26,889 nt of DNA from Deltaproteobacteria bacterium (GCA_032128375.1 JAQBGU010000030.1:1-26889), one strand, 5' to 3'. Shown: positions 1-8,446, counted from the stretch's first letter. The notes: generated by a model from the sequence alone, not told the origin. Program-made: numbers and translations.

Positions 1-1291
1 TCGGGCCCGAGAGGTCGTAGGCGTGAGCGCCGTGCTCGGCGAGATCGAGACCTTCGAGCTCTTCACCTTCCGAGACCCGGATGCCCATCGTTGCCTTCAG
101 CGCACCGAAGATTGCAAGCGCCGACCCGAAGGCGAAGACGCCATAGGCGGCCACGCCGATCAGCTGGGTCGCGAAGGAGTGCTCGGGATTCGTAGAGAAG
201 ATGCCGACAGCCAGGGTTCCCCACACGCCGCACACCAGGTGGACCGAGATCGCGCCGACCGGGTCGTCGATCTTGACGCGGTCGAAGAACATCACCGAGC
301 CCACTACGAGGGAGCCGGCCACGAGGCCGATGATCACGGCGGAAAGGATGCCGACTGTGTCCGCACCGGCGGTGATGCCGACGAGGCCCGCCAGGATGCC
401 GTTCAGCGCCATGGACAGATCCGGCTTTCCGAAGGCGAACCAGGAGGTGAACATCGCCGCGAGCGCACCGGCGGAGGCCGCCAGGCAGGTCGTTACCAGC
501 GTGAAGGAGGTGAGTTCGGGGTCGGCACTCAACACCGAGCCGCCGTTGAACCCGAACCAGCCGAGCCACAACAGGAAGACGCCGATGGTGGCCATGGGCA
601 TGTTGCTGCCCGGGATCGGATTGATCCGGCCGCGCACGTACTTGCCCAGGCGCGGGCCGAGCAGCAACACACCGGCGAGGGCACCCCAACCACCGACGGA
701 GTGGACGAGGGTCGAACCGGCGAAGTCGTAGAAGCCCATCTGGTCCAGCCAGCCGCCGCCCCACTTCCAGGACCCGACGATCGGGTAGACCAGACCTACG
801 AAGAACAGCGAGAAGACCATGAAGCTCGCGAGCTTGATCCGCTCTGCTACCGCACCAGAAACGATCGTCGCCGCGGTCGCGGCGAACATCGCCTGGAACA
901 GGAAGTCGGTCCAATACGTGTAGCCACCGTCCGCATAAGCGATCGTGTTGCCTTCCGGACCCGTGCTGATCCCGAATCCGGAGAAGCCGAAGAAGCTACC
1001 GAGGCTGAACTCGCCCGGGTACATCAGGTTGAAGCCCAGCAGCGCGTACGTCAGGATGCCGGCTGACACGATGAAGGTATTCTTGAACAAGATGTTCGTC
1101 GTGTTCTTCGCTCGAGTCAGACCCGACTCGAGTGTTGCGAAGCCGAGGTGCATGATGAACACCAGGCCCGCGGCGATCATCATCCAGACATTGTTGGCTG
1201 TGAACTGTCCGGGCGTCACATCATCTGCCAATGCGAGCCCCGGCAAGAGCAGGCCTGCGCCCAATGCCAGTACCGGTATGATCCGTTTCAC
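1..1291 (-). CDS. amt: Ammonium transporter (Amt/AmtB family), 3' end truncated by the window edge
   Basis: Manual minus-strand translation from GTG at 1291 (GGAGG SD 8 nt upstream): signal-like MKRIIPVLALGAGLLLPGLALA, then LVFIMHLGFATLESG, FLFQAMFAATAATIVSGAVAER, DFAGSTLVHSVGG, LWLGWFGFNGGS, NGILAGLVGITA, DDPVGAISVH, GLDLAEHG. Both conserved pore histidines are present. No stop codon within the window. Confidence 0.97.
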   Translation of the reverse strand, partial: MKRIIPVLALGAGLLLPGLALADDVTPGQFTANNVWMMIAAGLVFIMHLGFATLESGLTRAKNTTNILFKNTFIVSAGILTYALLGFNLMYPGEFSLGSFFGFSGFGISTGPEGNTIAYADGGYTYWTDFLFQAMFAATAATIVSGAVAERIKLASFMVFSLFFVGLVYPIVGSWKWGGGWLDQMGFYDFAGSTLVHSVGGWGALAGVLLLGPRLGKYVRGRINPIPGSNMPMATIGVFLLWLGWFGFNGGSVLSADPELTSFTLVTTCLAASAGALAAMFTSWFAFGKPDLSMALNGILAGLVGITAGADTVGILSAVIIGLVAGSLVVGSVMFFDRVKIDDPVGAISVHLVCGVWGTLAVGIFSTNPEHSFATQLIGVAAYGVFAFGSALAIFGALKATMGIRVSEGEELEGLDLAEHGAHAYDLSGP

Positions 1292-1418
1292 GTCTGTTAC
1301 CTCCAGGGGGTTCGGGGCTTGTAGGTCAACGATGCTGCTGGTGCGCTAGGTGGCGCCGCGCAATCTTGTGTGCCGAAGCCTGCTCCCCTGAGATTTCTTC
1401 GGCGCGCTTCCCCGGCAC

Positions 1419-1435
1419 TTCAAGCTACGTGCCAA
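1419..1435 (-). promoter_or_regulatory. Putative sigma54 (-24/-12) promoter of amt
   Basis: Minus strand TTGGCACGTAGCTTGAA versus consensus TGGCACG-N4-TTGC: correct GG-N10 spacing, GA instead of GC at -12; about 130 nt upstream of the amt start. Confidence 0.7.
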
Positions 1436-1537
1436 GTCGAAATCGCCGCCCATCGGCCAAGACTGTGCCGATCTCAGCACCGATGACGCTTGTTGTGCAC
1501 AAAGCCGTGCGAGACTGCGCCCAAGCCGCCTGTCCGC

Positions 1538-1574
1538 TGCCCAAGATCAGGGCACACTGCTCAGTCACGCGGCA
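1538..1574. promoter_or_regulatory. Two tandem NtrC-like enhancer palindromes
   Basis: TGCCC-AAGATCA-GGGCA (1538-1554, perfect 5-bp arms, 17 bp) and TGCTC-AGTCACG-CGGCA (1558-1574) resemble NtrC TGCAC-N7-GTGCA; about 100-140 bp upstream of the sigma54-like site. Confidence 0.5.
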
Positions 1575-1938
1575 GAAGGGCGGCGCTTGCTCGGCGAAGC
1601 GTCGAGCCAGCGGTGGAAACAGAAGCTGCGCCGGGGCGAGTCGCTTCCGGAAGATGACCCTCACGAGCGACGCCCCAGGACGGAATCAGACCGAGCTTGT
1701 CCATCTTTGCATAGAGGGTTCGCCGCCCGATCCCGAGTGCGCGCGCCGCTGCTGAACGGTTGCCGCGCGCCTCGCGTAGCGCTTGGGCGATTCGCCAGGA
1801 TTCGGCCAGCGCGATCCAATCGCGCAAGGGCAGCGCCGGGCCTCTATCGCTGGCACGGGCGGTGCGTTCGAGATCTTCGAGGCGCAGCTCGGAGATCCCA
1901 GAGTCTGATTCGAATTCCGATTCCAGGTAAACAGTCAT
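1561..1938 (-). CDS. Stand-alone Fis-family helix-turn-helix (HTH_8) protein
   Basis: LRDWIALAESWRIAQALREARGNRSAAARALGIGRRTLYAKMDKLGL is the typical Fis/NtrC C-terminal HTH; no AAA+ or receiver domain in the ORF. Confidence 0.8.
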   Translation of the reverse strand: MTVYLESEFESDSGISELRLEDLERTARASDRGPALPLRDWIALAESWRIAQALREARGNRSAAARALGIGRRTLYAKMDKLGLIPSWGVAREGHLPEATRPGAASVSTAGSTLRRASAALLPRD

Positions 1939-2113
1939 TGAGCTGGACTCTTCTGCAAAAGCTGTTCCGAAGCGTCAAACTCACCGAGAAATTCACAGCG
2001 CCCGATTCCGGGCCTCATTGGGCCCCAGCGAAGCTCTCGATGTCTATTGCCGCAAGCGGACGCTGTCGAACTGCTGACGAAACAAGCATCCATTGCCCAA
2101 CCGGTACGCAGGC

Positions 2114-2235
2114 GCCGGCGAGATCCCGGAGTTCTTGAACCAGTCTCGCCGGCAACACGGGAGGCGAGCGTCCTGAAGGCGCGTTAACTTGCCCTTCTCT
2201 CCCGAGTAGGCTCCGATCATCGAAGCTTCGGTCGG
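2114..2235 (+). ncRNA. Candidate structured RNA with three consecutive stem-loops, family unknown
   Basis: Stem 1: GCCGGCGAGA (2114-2123) with TCTCGCCGGC (2144-2153). Stem 2: CGGGA/TCCCG, GGCGAG/CTTGCC and CGTC/GGCG (2158-2204). Stem 3: CCGAT..CGA/TCG..GTCGG (2213-2235). The G-U wobbles work on the + strand. Confidence 0.35.
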
Positions 2236-2272
2236 CAGACAGATCGGCAGTCCATCGATTGAAGCACTGTTT

Positions 2273-2329
2273 GGAGTTTGAAGTTTGAAGTTGAAGTTTG
2301 AAGTTGAAGTTGAAGTTTGAAGTTTGAAG
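2273..2329 (+). repeat. Tandem repeat of GAAGTT(T), 8 units of 6-7 bp, running into the SD of the next gene
   Basis: GGAGTTT GAAGTTT GAAGTT GAAGTTT GAAGTT GAAGTT GAAGTTT GAAGTTT GAAG, then GGAG-TCAC-TTG start. Confidence 0.97.
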
Positions 2330-2337
2330 GGAGTCAC

Positions 2338-3063
2338 TTGCTCGAAGGCCTGGCACAGCTAGTCGCTCTCCAACGCCTCGACGATGAACTCGCGGCGTTC
2401 GAAAGGGAGCACGGTGGCCTTCCGGAGCGCCGCGAACAACTGGTGCAGCGTCGCAGCGACGCCGAGGCGGAATTGCAGCGAACCGTGGAGGCCCTCAAGG
2501 CGGCCGAGGCCGCGATGCGGCGAGCCGAGAGCACGCTTCAAGACAAAGAATACGAGCTGGTGAGGCTCGAAAATCAGCAATTTCAGGTGAAATCCAACGA
2601 CGCGTATGGGGCGCTGCTGCGTGAGATCGAGAGCGCCAAAACCTCGATTTCTGACGGTGAGACGAAAATCCTCGAGTCGATGGACGCGATCGAAGCTGCC
2701 AGTGAGGCCAAGTCTTCAGCCGACACCGCCTCGCAGGACGCCACTGTGGCGCTCGACACAGAGAGCGCAAACATCGATGCGCGCGAAACAGAACTTCGCG
2801 AACGGATCGAAAGCCACCGGGCCGGGCGCTTGGAACTCGGTCCGAAGGTCGCGCCCGAGCTATTGAAACATTATGAAAGAATCGCGAAGCGTCGTTCACC
2901 CGCTGTGGTGATGGTGAGCAACGAACTGTGTGGCGGTTGTCGAGTCGGAATCCCCGCGATGGATTTCATCGCGATTCGGCGAGGTGAGCGGGTTGTGACC
3001 TGCGGCAACTGCAAACGGATCCTGCTCTTCCGTGCAAAGGTGGAATCCGAAGAGACCGGCTGA
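2338..3063 (+). CDS. Coiled-coil protein with C-terminal C4-type zinc ribbon (DUF164/CT398-like)
   Basis: N-terminal LVALQRLD, long coiled coil, YGALLREIE, YERI, CGGC...CGNCKRIL. Start moved to TTG at 2338 after GGGAG; the track start at 2317 lies within the repeat. Confidence 0.92.
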   Translation: MLEGLAQLVALQRLDDELAAFEREHGGLPERREQLVQRRSDAEAELQRTVEALKAAEAAMRRAESTLQDKEYELVRLENQQFQVKSNDAYGALLREIESAKTSISDGETKILESMDAIEAASEAKSSADTASQDATVALDTESANIDARETELRERIESHRAGRLELGPKVAPELLKHYERIAKRRSPAVVMVSNELCGGCRVGIPAMDFIAIRRGERVVTCGNCKRILLFRAKVESEETG

Positions 3064-3200
3064 GTCGACTCCCGCGCTACGAGTACGTCGGTTCGAGCTT
3101 GCAGCTGCGTGAAACCCCCTCCAGAACGCCGGTTTGCAGCGTGTTTTGCGAGTCGTGACCCGGCGCGGAATAATTTTATTCGGTCAATATTCCTGATTAG

Positions 3201-3213
3201 AATCAACAAGTTA
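3201..3213 (+). promoter_or_regulatory. IHF consensus site in an AT-rich patch
   Basis: AATCAACAAGTTA is an exact match to WATCAANNNNTTR, with an AT-rich tract upstream (3171-3200). Confidence 0.55.
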
Positions 3214-3260
3214 AACAGCTCTTCCGTCGAGCGATTTTACCGAAACCGACCCGCGCGTTT

Positions 3261-3269
3261 TGCTATGAT
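3261..3269 (+). promoter_or_regulatory. Extended -10 element upstream of the TPR-zincin gene
   Basis: TGcTATGAT fits TGnTATAAT with one mismatch; about 50 nt upstream of ATG 3321; no clear -35. Confidence 0.5.
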
Positions 3270-3320
3270 AGGTCGATTCGCGAGTTGGGATCGACCCCGC
3301 TCACCCTCCAGCGACGGGCA

Positions 3321-4358
3321 ATGAATAACATCGACCGGTATTGGGACTGCTTAGATCAGGCGATGGAGGCATCGCATGGAGGGCGCACTGAGGAGGCGCT
3401 CGCCTGGCTCGATGAGGCCCTGCTCGCTCGGCCCGAGGGTGCGGAGGCGCACAACGGTCGTGGGGAGATCCTGTGGGACGATGCCAGGGTCGACGAGGCG
3501 CTGCATGAGTTCGAGCGCTCGATTCAAGCCGATCCCAAATTTCCGGCCGCCCACCTCAACCGCATCGAGCTACTGGTCGAGGATCTCTGTGAGTTCGAGC
3601 AGGCTGTGTTGCTTGCGGATGAACTGCTCGGGGGCAATCCCGATTTTCCGAGGCTAGACCGAGCGACCCAGGCCGAAGTTCATTATTTGAAGGCCAAGTC
3701 GGTTTTTTATCTCGACGATCTTGGCGGGGCGCTGTTTCTCGTACGGCGAGCGCTGAAGACCACCGGCGAGGTCGCGATCTATCGCGCGTTCGAGGGACAG
3801 ATTCTGTTCGAACTGGGCCGCTTCGATGAGGCGCGCCGTTCGCTCTTGGCTGCGGCGGCAATCGACCCCGAGTCCGGCCACGCCATCTACCACCTCGCGT
3901 TGGCACACGAGCGGCTGGGAGATGACGAGGAGGCCGAGGCCGCGTTTACTACTGCAAACGCCCTCGACCCGGATCATTATCCGCTTCCCGCGCCCGTAGA
4001 TGAGGAGCTGTTTCGCATTGCCGCGGGCGAGGCGCTCGACAACCTTCCCAGGTCCATCCGCGAGTACATCGCCGATGTCCCCGTGCTGATTGAAGACTAT
4101 CCCTCCGAAGCCTTGCTCGGAGAGCAGAACATCTCGCCGCAGATTCTCGGTCTGTACATCGGTGTTCCGGCCACCGAATTGGATGGTTCCGCGCAGGCGG
4201 AAGATCTGACCCGCGTTGTGCTGTTCAAAAAGAACCTCGAAAAGCTATGCCACGATCGCGACGATCTGATCGAACAGATTCAGGTCACGGTTCGCCATGA
4301 GATCGGACACCACCTGGGACTGAGCGAAGAAGACCTCGAGCGACTGGGCCTGGCCTGA
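3321..4358 (+). CDS. TPR-repeat protein fused to a C-terminal Zincin_1 (DUF1025-like) minimal metallopeptidase
   Basis: Multiple TPR motifs (AEAHNGRGEIL, AIYHLALAHERLG..EEA), then ALDNLP...ILGLYIG...VVLFKKNL...TVRHEIGHHLGLSEEDLERLGL with HExxH. Start set at ATG 3321; TTG 3285 is possible. Confidence 0.9.
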   Translation: MNNIDRYWDCLDQAMEASHGGRTEEALAWLDEALLARPEGAEAHNGRGEILWDDARVDEALHEFERSIQADPKFPAAHLNRIELLVEDLCEFEQAVLLADELLGGNPDFPRLDRATQAEVHYLKAKSVFYLDDLGGALFLVRRALKTTGEVAIYRAFEGQILFELGRFDEARRSLLAAAAIDPESGHAIYHLALAHERLGDDEEAEAAFTTANALDPDHYPLPAPVDEELFRIAAGEALDNLPRSIREYIADVPVLIEDYPSEALLGEQNISPQILGLYIGVPATELDGSAQAEDLTRVVLFKKNLEKLCHDRDDLIEQIQVTVRHEIGHHLGLSEEDLERLGLA

Positions 4359-4398
4359 TTCCCCATACCGTTGCTCTCAGCGCATATACTGTCTGAAT

Positions 4399-5916
4399 AT
4401 GTCTGAGATCCCAGTGACCCGGCCCGCTCTTCAGTCGACCCAGCCGCCGACCCAGCAGTCGACCCAGCCGCCGAGCAGGCCAGAGCTGGTCGCCGCCCTC
4501 GAGCGAGCCGTGGGTGCGGAGCGTTGTCTTTCCCGAATCGAAGATCTGTTGGTCTACGAGTGCGACGGGCTGACACTACACTCCGCAAAGCCAGTCGCCG
4601 TGGTCTTGCCGCACACGCGCGAGGAGGTCTGCCTGGTAGTCGCCGCGTGTCGCGCGCACAGCACACCATTCGTGCCGCGAGGCGCAGGAACCGGCCTGTC
4701 GGGTGGTGCCCTCGCCAACGAGGGCGCGGTCGTCATCGAGTGTTCACAGATGAAGCGAATTCTCGAAGTTGACGTCGAGAACCGAATTGCTGTTGTCGAA
4801 CCGGGCGTCATCAACGCCGACTTGTCCAAAGCGGTTGCCAAAGAGGGTCTGTTCTATGCACCCGATCCTTCGAGTCAGCTGGCCTGCACGATCGGCGGGA
4901 ACGTGGCCGAGAACGCCGGCGGTCCACATACCTTGAAGTACGGCACTACGACCAATCACATCCTCGCGCTCGAGCTCGTACTCCCGGACGCGACCGTGGT
5001 GGAACTGGGCTCTCCGACGGGCCAGTTGGTCGGCTACGACCTCGTCGGCACGGTCGTTGGCAGCGAGGGAACGCTCGGTATCGTCACGAAGATCACGGTG
5101 CGTCTGGAAGCGATCCCAAAATGTGTCGAAACCATGTTGGTGAGCTTCCCGGATATCGTGAGTGCGTGTCACGCCGTCAGCTCGGTGATCGAATCGGGTC
5201 TGGTACCGGCAGCGTTGGAAATCATCGACTCGAGGACGATCGCCGCGGTGGAGGCGAGCGTCTACGCGGCCGGCTTACCGAAGGAAGCGGGTGCGGTCTT
5301 GATCATCGAGCTCGATGGAGAGGCGGTCGCGCTGCCGCCGCAGCTCGAACGCATCGAGGCGTTTTGCGCTCGGCATGGCGCCGTCGCGATCGATGTCGCA
5401 AGAGACGAACAGGAGCGACAGCGTTTCTGGCGAGCACGAAAAGGAGCTTTCGGGGCGATGGGACGACTGGCGCCCGATCTCTATGTTCACGACGCCGTCG
5501 TTCCGCGCAGCAAGCTCCCTGAGGTCATCGAGAAAATCTGTGAGATCGGCGACCGCTACCGGCTGACACTATCGAATGTTTTTCACGCGGGCGATGGTAA
5601 CCTTCACCCGAATATATCCTTCGATCGACGCAACCCCGACGAACTCGAGCGCGTGCTGGCCGCGGGCAGTGAGATCCTGAGCTGCTGCGTCGAAGCGGGT
5701 GGTGTGATTACCGGAGAGCACGGGGTTGGAAGCGAGAAAAGGGAGCACCTCGCGCTGGTTTTCAGCGAGTCGGACATGAACACCATGAAGCGTTTTCGCG
5801 CTGTCTTCGACCCGGACGGTGTCTGCAACCCGGGAAAAATTTTCCCGACGACCCGCTTCTGTGCGGAGTCGAACCCGAAGGCCCGAGGTTACGACCGAGT
5901 CCCGCTGGTCGAATGA
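4399..5916 (+). CDS. glcD: Glycolate oxidase FAD-linked subunit GlcD
   Basis: PRGAGTGLSGGA, YAPDPSSQLACTIGGNVAENAGGPHTLKYG, GSEGTLG, FHAGDGNLHP, GEHGVG; overlaps glcE (ATGA). Confidence 0.93.
   Translation: MSEIPVTRPALQSTQPPTQQSTQPPSRPELVAALERAVGAERCLSRIEDLLVYECDGLTLHSAKPVAVVLPHTREEVCLVVAACRAHSTPFVPRGAGTGLSGGALANEGAVVIECSQMKRILEVDVENRIAVVEPGVINADLSKAVAKEGLFYAPDPSSQLACTIGGNVAENAGGPHTLKYGTTTNHILALELVLPDATVVELGSPTGQLVGYDLVGTVVGSEGTLGIVTKITVRLEAIPKCVETMLVSFPDIVSACHAVSSVIESGLVPAALEIIDSRTIAAVEASVYAAGLPKEAGAVLIIELDGEAVALPPQLERIEAFCARHGAVAIDVARDEQERQRFWRARKGAFGAMGRLAPDLYVHDAVVPRSKLPEVIEKICEIGDRYRLTLSNVFHAGDGNLHPNISFDRRNPDELERVLAAGSEILSCCVEAGGVITGEHGVGSEKREHLALVFSESDMNTMKRFRAVFDPDGVCNPGKIFPTTRFCAESNPKARGYDRVPLVE
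4432..4474 (+). repeat. In-frame duplication with 24-bp period at the glcD 5' end
   Basis: CAGTCGACCCAGCCGCCGA occurs at 4432-4450 and 4456-4474, encoding QSTQPP twice. Confidence 0.9.
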
Positions 5917-7175
5917 TTGCCCCTGAGCATCTCGACATCTTGAGCCGCGCGGTCGGCGAGTCGGGGCTCGTCGAACACGCACCGATCGACGTCGATGGCG
6001 TTGCGCCGTCCGTGACCCTGCTTCCGAGCGACACTGACTCTCTGGCACGCGTGCTCGGCGCGCTTGGCCGCTGTGGTTTGTCGGTGCTGCTGCTCGGCGG
6101 AGGAAACCGGCTGGGCGTTGGTAATCGACCCACGGGAGGCGACGCATTCCTGTCGATGGACCGGATGGCAGGAATCGCCGAGTTGGATGCCAGTGATGGA
6201 GTGTGTCGGCTGGGCGCAGGAACAAACCTTGCCGACGCGCGCAATGAGATTCGCGATTCCGGCTGGGAACTCCCATTGGATCCGCCGGGCGAACATGCCA
6301 CGCTGGGCGGATGTGTGGCGGCCGGCTCACACGGACCGCGCGCACAAGGCTATGGCAAGCCAAGAGACGTGCTGCTGGGCCTCGATGTGTGTCTGGCGTC
6401 GGGCGAGCATGCGCGTTGTGGCGGGCGCGTGGTCAAGAACGTAACCGGTTACGACTTGAACAAGCTGTACACCGGCTCGTATGGCACGCTCGGCGTCATC
6501 GAATCTGCGTGGTTGCGGTTGAAGCCGCGACCCGAACGCAACGAATCGCACGCGCGCTTTTTCGACGACCTCGCGCAGGCAAGTCGGATCGCGATCGCGG
6601 CCAGCCGTCGGTCCACCGCACGCGTTGCATCGTTGTGTTGGTTGCCAGCGGAGACGCCCGCAGGCGGGCAACCCTTCCGGGTCGTCGTCGAATGGGCCGG
6701 CGACGCTCCCAGTGTCGAGCTCGATGCTGCGTGGTTCGACGATGTCGCGGGGAGCGGAGAGGAAAATCCCGGCGTGGTCGACGAGATTCGAGATCTCCAG
6801 AGCGCATTGCCCGGACCCGATGGCTTGCGGTTCCGAATCGGTGTGTTGCCGACGCGCCTCGCGTCGGCAATCGCGGCGCTGCGCGACGCGGGTGCCAGCC
6901 TGCTCACATACCCGGGTCTATGCCTCCTCTACGCCGGGTTCCCTTTGACCGCAGATGGTGGCGCTCGAGCGGTCGACGACATCTTTCGCGAAGTCGAAAT
7001 GGTCGCTCGCGCAGCCGGTGGCGAGTATGTGTGCGAACAGGCACCGAGCTGGGCTAAGTCTGGCCGCGAAATGTTCGGCGCGCGGGCTGAACTCGTGCCG
7101 ATCTTTCGAGGTCTCAAACGGCGCTTCGACCCCGGGTTGGTGTTGAACCCCGGGCGTTTCGCGGGCGGGATCTGA
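5913..7175 (+). CDS. glcE: Glycolate oxidase FAD-binding subunit GlcE
   Basis: LPLDPP, ATLGG, GGRVVKNVTGYDLNKLYTGSYGTLG, C-terminal LKRRFDPGLVLNPGR; lies between glcD and glcF. Confidence 0.9.
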   Translation: MIAPEHLDILSRAVGESGLVEHAPIDVDGVAPSVTLLPSDTDSLARVLGALGRCGLSVLLLGGGNRLGVGNRPTGGDAFLSMDRMAGIAELDASDGVCRLGAGTNLADARNEIRDSGWELPLDPPGEHATLGGCVAAGSHGPRAQGYGKPRDVLLGLDVCLASGEHARCGGRVVKNVTGYDLNKLYTGSYGTLGVIESAWLRLKPRPERNESHARFFDDLAQASRIAIAASRRSTARVASLCWLPAETPAGGQPFRVVVEWAGDAPSVELDAAWFDDVAGSGEENPGVVDEIRDLQSALPGPDGLRFRIGVLPTRLASAIAALRDAGASLLTYPGLCLLYAGFPLTADGGARAVDDIFREVEMVARAAGGEYVCEQAPSWAKSGREMFGARAELVPIFRGLKRRFDPGLVLNPGRFAGGI

Positions 7176-8446
7176 TGAACGAGCAATGGTCGAAGATCTA
7201 CGAGCGCTCGCTTGATTGCGTGCACTGCGGGTTGTGCCTGCCTGCGTGTCCGACGTACCTGGAAACGGGTCGCGAGACCTCGTCGCCTAGAGGGCGGATC
7301 TATTTGTTTCGGGCGGTTGCCGAGGGTCGAATCGGGCTGAGCGAAGCGGTCGAGGAGGAGGCATTCCTGTGTCTGGGTTGTCGCGCCTGTGAGACTGCCT
7401 GTCCATCCGGGGTGCGTTACGGAAACATGCTCGAACTCGTCCGAGAACAGGTTTCGCAGGAAGGCCTCGGCGAAGGCTGGCCGAAGAAGATCGAGCGATG
7501 GGCGCTGCGAGGATTGCTTCCCCATCGAAGGCGGCTGGGCTGGGCGATGACATTCCTGCGTGCGGCGCAGCGCCTGGGGTTGGATAGAGCCGCCCTTCCG
7601 CTACTTCCGAATGCGCTTCGCGAGTTACACAGCGCACTGCCCGAGATCCCTCCGGCCCGAGAGCGCCGCAGGCTTCCTACGCTGATTCCCGCGGTGGGAG
7701 AGAAGCGAGGGACGGTCGGGTTCCTCGTCGGTTGTGTGATGCCCGAGCTGTTTGGAGCGATCAATGCAGCGACTGTGCGAGTGCTCGCGCACAACGGGTT
7801 CGAAGTCGTCGTGCCGGCGGGCCAAGTGTGCTGCGGTGCGCTCCACGCTCACTCGGGCGATTTGGCATACGCACGCGGGTTGGCGGAACGCAACATCGAA
7901 GCGTTCGGCAATGCGGGGGTCGATGTGGTCGTCACGAACTCGGCGGGCTGCGGGGCGGCTCTGCGAGAAGTCGCTGAGTGGCTACCCGGACGCGGCGAGG
8001 CGCTCGCAGCATCGGTTCGGGATGTTGCCGAGTTTCTCGATAGCGAGGGGCTGCGCGAACCCCACGGGCGTATCGACGCACGCGTCTGCTACGACGATCC
8101 GTGTCACTTGATTCATGGCCAACGCGTCGAGGCCGCACCGCGACGGCTGCTCGCGGCGATCCCCGGGCTCGAATTGGTCGCCCATGCAGACCCCGGGAGC
8201 TGCTGCGGTGCCGCGGGAATCTACAATCTGACCCATCGCGAAATGTCGCTCGCTGTGCTCGAACGAAAGCTCGACGCGCTGGTCGCCGTCGCCCCGGACT
8301 TTATCGCGACAGGCAACCCGGGTTGCCTGATGCAATTGCGTAGCGGCGCCAACCGCATTGGGCTCGCGGCCGAAGTGGTACACCCGGTCGAACTGTTGGA
8401 TCGCGCGTACTCGGGTGAGGTCGCGGGCCAGGAGTCTGTGCGGTAG
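7175..8446 (+). CDS. glcF: Glycolate oxidase iron-sulfur subunit GlcF
   Basis: CVHCGLCLPACPTY, SPRGRI, CLGCRACETACPSGV, two CCG domains (CCGALHAH, CCGAAGIYN), TGNPGCLMQ. Confidence 0.93.
   Translation: MNEQWSKIYERSLDCVHCGLCLPACPTYLETGRETSSPRGRIYLFRAVAEGRIGLSEAVEEEAFLCLGCRACETACPSGVRYGNMLELVREQVSQEGLGEGWPKKIERWALRGLLPHRRRLGWAMTFLRAAQRLGLDRAALPLLPNALRELHSALPEIPPARERRRLPTLIPAVGEKRGTVGFLVGCVMPELFGAINAATVRVLAHNGFEVVVPAGQVCCGALHAHSGDLAYARGLAERNIEAFGNAGVDVVVTNSAGCGAALREVAEWLPGRGEALAASVRDVAEFLDSEGLREPHGRIDARVCYDDPCHLIHGQRVEAAPRRLLAAIPGLELVAHADPGSCCGAAGIYNLTHREMSLAVLERKLDALVAVAPDFIATGNPGCLMQLRSGANRIGLAAEVVHPVELLDRAYSGEVAGQESVR

Noticed and set aside
23..1349. Track ORFs 23-1066, 201-731, 945-1349 (+) and 63-914 (-)
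   Set aside because: These are antisense or off-frame shadows of amt, which has all the family motifs in another frame.
1359..1376. Second sigma54-like motif CGGCACACAAGATTGC on the minus strand
   Set aside because: The GG to GC spacing is 11 nt, not the required 10.
2095..2260. 6S RNA, RNase P RNA or glycine riboswitch identity for the structured region
   Set aside because: Only short motif resemblances (TTGAACC, AGACAGAT, GGGAGAG); no long closing rod, no GAGGAAAGTCC or terminal P4 strand, no complete aptamer.
2015..2356. Minus-strand ORFs containing QTSNFNFNFKLQLQ
   Set aside because: They are translations of the GAAGTT(T) repeat; mixed unit lengths and no recognisable domain.
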